A DNA stretch of 62,881 bases, counting the filler, from Licmophora abbreviata (Eukaryota), in assembly GCA_900291995.1 (NCBI GenBank). It is 11 parts of 11 records of this genome, joined end to end, with 100 filler letters (N's around TTAATTAATTAA, not from the genome) between each part and the next. Parts side by side here need not be neighbours in the genome. Positions count along the whole stretch, not along the records: positions 49,602 to 60,974 come from OLMU01000489.1; positions 61,075 to 62,881 come from OLMU01000495.1; 9 more parts are not named here. One strand, 5' to 3'. Each line of letters begins with the position of its first letter. Within the stretch, counting starts at the first letter, position 1. Below are positions 59,886 through 62,881 of the stretch, piece by piece. The notes beneath the pieces are model-generated. The model worked only from the letters and a program-made list of their open reading frames with translations. It made no database searches and had not been told where the DNA came from. The position numbers were made by a program, and so were the translations under genes.

Positions 59886-60857
59886 TTATACCATCTTGGC
59901 GGCCGCTTGGATCTTGTCGTAAGTGTCAAGCACAGTCGGTGATGGTATCTGCCGTCCCAGCGCACTTGCGATACATGCAGCGGCGACGGCTTCGGCCGAA
60001 ACGGGTGGCTCCAACGCAACCTTCACAAATCCTTCCGGCACGACGCCCGTGATCGCCCTCAGAGGGGCCGAGGACAAGAGGCCTTCAATAAACTGTCCGT
60101 AGAAAGATGCAACACGCGGTGGATTCACTCCGAATTGGTCACCTCCGTATATGAAGGTCGGTTCGACAAGCGTGTACGCGTCCTTTCCAAAGCTAGATTG
60201 GATCGATTCTTCACTGAACGTCTTTCCGATCATGTATTGTTTGAAGAAATCGATATCCTTGGCAAAATCACGCACTTCTGGGGCCACGCTTATGTACGTA
60301 AAGTGCCGAACGCCTGCCGCCTTGGCTCCAGCCGCCGCGAGGCCCGACGCGGCATTGACCGTAGCGACATCTACGGACGATCCGATTGCTCCAATCGTTG
60401 AAATGACTGCTGTGCATCCCTTGGAAAGCTTCTCAACCTCGGCAGCAACATTGATGTCAGGGGCACTGACATCCAAGGCGACCGTCCCGTCTCGACCATT
60501 GCGAGATGTTGCAAGCACGTCAATGCCCATGCCCTTCAATTGACGACAGACTTCCGATCCAACCAGCCCGGTCCCGCCCAGGACAAGAAATTTCTCTGCA
60601 GAGGCTGCCGAAGCAGATGTCGAACGCAAGATCAGTGCTGCAGCAGCGCCGCTCGTGGTAGTGAGAAAGGCGCGACGAGAGGAGACATCACGACCATCTG
60701 CTGCATCACCGTGGATTCCCGCGAAAAGTCGGGTTGTCGAACTTTTAGGAAACGCCACAGATTTCGTAGATCCTTCACTCCACGCAGAGCAGAGCGGTAG
60801 AACTAACGAGGTGACAGCGGCAACAACAGCCAAGGTCGGGGTCAATCGCATCTTCAT
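59886..60857 (-). CDS. Atypical SDR / NAD(P)-binding epimerase-like protein, plastid-targeted
   Basis: Signal peptide CSA-W, an SRRAFL...ASA-ASA thylakoid-like second signal, VLGGTGLVG and EPTFIYG. Confidence 0.8.
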   Translation of the reverse strand: MKMRLTPTLAVVAAVTSLVLPLCSAWSEGSTKSVAFPKSSTTRLFAGIHGDAADGRDVSSRRAFLTTTSGAAAALILRSTSASAASAEKFLVLGGTGLVGSEVCRQLKGMGIDVLATSRNGRDGTVALDVSAPDINVAAEVEKLSKGCTAVISTIGAIGSSVDVATVNAASGLAAAGAKAAGVRHFTYISVAPEVRDFAKDIDFFKQYMIGKTFSEESIQSSFGKDAYTLVEPTFIYGGDQFGVNPPRVASFYGQFIEGLLSSAPLRAITGVVPEGFVKVALEPPVSAEAVAAACIASALGRQIPSPTVLDTYDKIQAAAKMV

Positions 60858-60974
60858 ACCGGTACTGGTTCTGCTTTGATTGATGCACGTTGTGTGGACA
60901 AATACAGATTTTCAATTTGAGCAGGGGCGCGGTGACGGCGGGCGGACGATGTGCATATGATACTTGCTAGAACT

Positions 60975-61074
60975 NNNNNNNNNNNNNNNNNNNNNNNNNN
61001 NNNNNNNNNNNNNNNNNNTTAATTAATTAANNNNNNNNNNNNNNNNNNNNNNNNNNNNNNNNNNNNNNNNNNNN
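60975..61074. other. Assembly spacer
   Basis: Same 100-nt linker; truncates the alpha-CA-like gene. Confidence 0.97.
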
Positions 61075-62432
61075 ACCACGGGTCATGAGGGTTCCATATC
61101 CCAGTTTGTAGCTCACGCGACTTCTCTTCATAGTCTGGATCGTCAAGCACAGTAGAGTAGTCGGCCCAACTTGTATAATCGTCAAATTTGCTTTCTACTT
61201 CCCCTCCCAAAAGATCGTGAAAATCAGCAACAAGCTTGCGTTCTCGTCTCATACGAGAGGCACACTGCGCTCGATGCGTATCGTAAATATCTTGAAACCT
61301 GTCCAACGCTCTTTGCAGCACAGGATTCCATCCATTTGTGCTGACTTTCATAAGAACCGAGACTGCTGGCGTTCGACGACGAGACGGATGCAAATGAAAT
61401 ATCTGCATTTCAGCATCGTAAGATTCTCCCATCATTTTGTGCTCTGCGGGTACTTTGAAATCCACGTTCATTGCATCGGAATAACCGCCCCAGTTGTTTG
61501 GGAAATCTGCTGCTGGGGGATCCGGCTCGGAGCATTCTGGAAGTAGATAGTTTCGACACGGGCGACGAAGATATTTAAATCGCAGTTTGTTGTTCTCTAT
61601 AATCGGCTCGACCTCGGCTTCATTCATTAGCGCCAGATCCCCACGCTAGTTTGGTAGGCGGCAACAAGCAAGTGGACGTGAGCCGAAAGCATGAAAGGAC
61701 ACCCATAGGTTACACTTCTCGTGCACTTACCCTTGACCGAATTTGATGGTGCTCGAAACACATTGCTCCATTTGGCACAACATCAATAGGACTCTGTTTT
61801 CCAGTATTGCCGCACTGATTCCTTCCTGGGTCTTTTTTAGAAAGCACACCCGCCCACGGTCCAAAGCCGCCGTTTTCTTCTGAATCAAACTCACGCCAGT
61901 ACCAGTCCGGAGGAATAAGTCGTGTCTTCCAGGCATTCTGTTGATACTCAATTTTGAAGATAGTCGAATTGTGCCGTACCACTTCCGGATATCCCGGGCC
62001 GTAGAGAGAAGCTCTGGAGTCGTCATAGTTGAAGTAAAAAAAATCTATTGTGTCTGGCGGGTCATTCTCTGGGAACGGGTCTCTCGTAGGGTACGGAGTA
62101 GGCTCGGTAGTCGATGGCTGAGACGATGGCTGCGATGAAGGCCGACTCGAGGGCGAGACTGACGGAACAAGTGAGGGGCTGATAGATGGAATTGCTGTGG
62201 GACTCGGCGTAATCGTCGGATAGGAAGTCGGGACCGTCGTGGGAGTATCGCTAGGGACTTGCGATGGGCCCTGGGTGAACCATAGCGCATCGGTTTCGAC
62301 GAGTTGCGAAATTATGGCAGCATCAATCGGTATTAGCGTGTGGTAGGTATCGATATCCTCCCATGTACGCGAGGATGTGATGACCACAAGACTGCAGCAG
62401 ATAACACGAAGCAAGGTACTGGAAGACCACAT
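61075..62432 (-). CDS. Alpha-carbonic anhydrase-like secreted protein with a P/T/S stalk, 3' end lost in gap
   Basis: Signal peptide, C....KQSPIDV, VPAEH and YDAEMQIFH. Intron near 61647..61730. Confidence 0.78.
62085..62270 (-). repeat. P[ST]xx tetrapeptide low-complexity repeat within the alpha-CA-like gene
   Basis: PSQVPSDTPTTVPTSYPTITPSPTAIPSISPSLVPSVSPSSRPSSQPSSQPSTTEPTPYPT. Confidence 0.8.
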
Positions 62433-62881
62433 GTCGATCTCGACTGCCGATCTGAAAGCAGTCAATGAGAAGAGCCACAATTGTTTCCGATTTGAAGGTA
62501 TGGGAGTCAACGTAAGTCGCATAAAAGGGAAACAACGGAGTCACCCTCACACAGAAGAGAGTCTCTTCGGTGCGAGCACGTTGAACATGGTCGTGGCACG
62601 TCCCGCCCGGCGCCATTAGAGTTGTGCATGCGTTGAGTTTTACACATGCTTGTGTTCATTCCCGTGTGAGGCGATAGTCTTATATATTCATACATATATA
62701 TAAATTCAATAACGCACGACTAAGAGTCGAAATTTCGAATGTACCCGGCGCCGTTGAGTTGCTCACGATGTTGTCACTGACAGCGACGCCGATGGCAAGT
62801 GACGAATACAAACACTCTCCACACGAATGAGCCAGTACGTTTTGGAGGTGTCAATGGGTCGCCTGTCATGAGATGAACTAG

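Overview
Gene-dense eukaryotic nuclear DNA, almost certainly from a diatom or a related photosynthetic stramenopile. The evidence is short GT-AG introns, signal-peptide + (A)F/L bipartite plastid presequences, a light-dependent POR and diatom-typical HA-domain and EGF-repeat proteins. About 31 protein-coding genes are supported: two tandem MFS transporters, DDRGK1, an unknown membrane protein, Derlin, a DUF1350 hydrolase, Rad4/XPC, an NPPF methyltransferase, two tandem EGF-repeat type I membrane proteins, SNX1/Vps5, POR, a VAMP7-like SNARE, a CBP/p300 HAT, a CX5R phosphatase, Aurora kinase, a DegT-type aminotransferase, DnaJ, a DUF2997 protein, Prp22, Spt4, a 2OG-Fe(II)/ankyrin protein, an M17 aminopeptidase, a Fuseless-like protein, an F-box protein, a Lon-N protein, HADHA, an HA-repeat protein, an SDR and an alpha-CA-like protein. 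The window is a scaffold broken by ten artificial 100-nt spacers (N44-TTAATTAATTAA-N44). I found no rRNA, tRNA, CRISPR array or recognisable transposon. The best leads are the paired modular EGF receptors with a shared C-terminal tail, the Fuseless-like protein, the secreted 2OG-dioxygenase/ankyrin fusion ending in EEL, the bacterial-type aminotransferase with a presequence, the alpha-CA lacking zinc ligands, and E2F/CHR-like promoter motifs. All family assignments come from motif recognition by eye; no database search was run.
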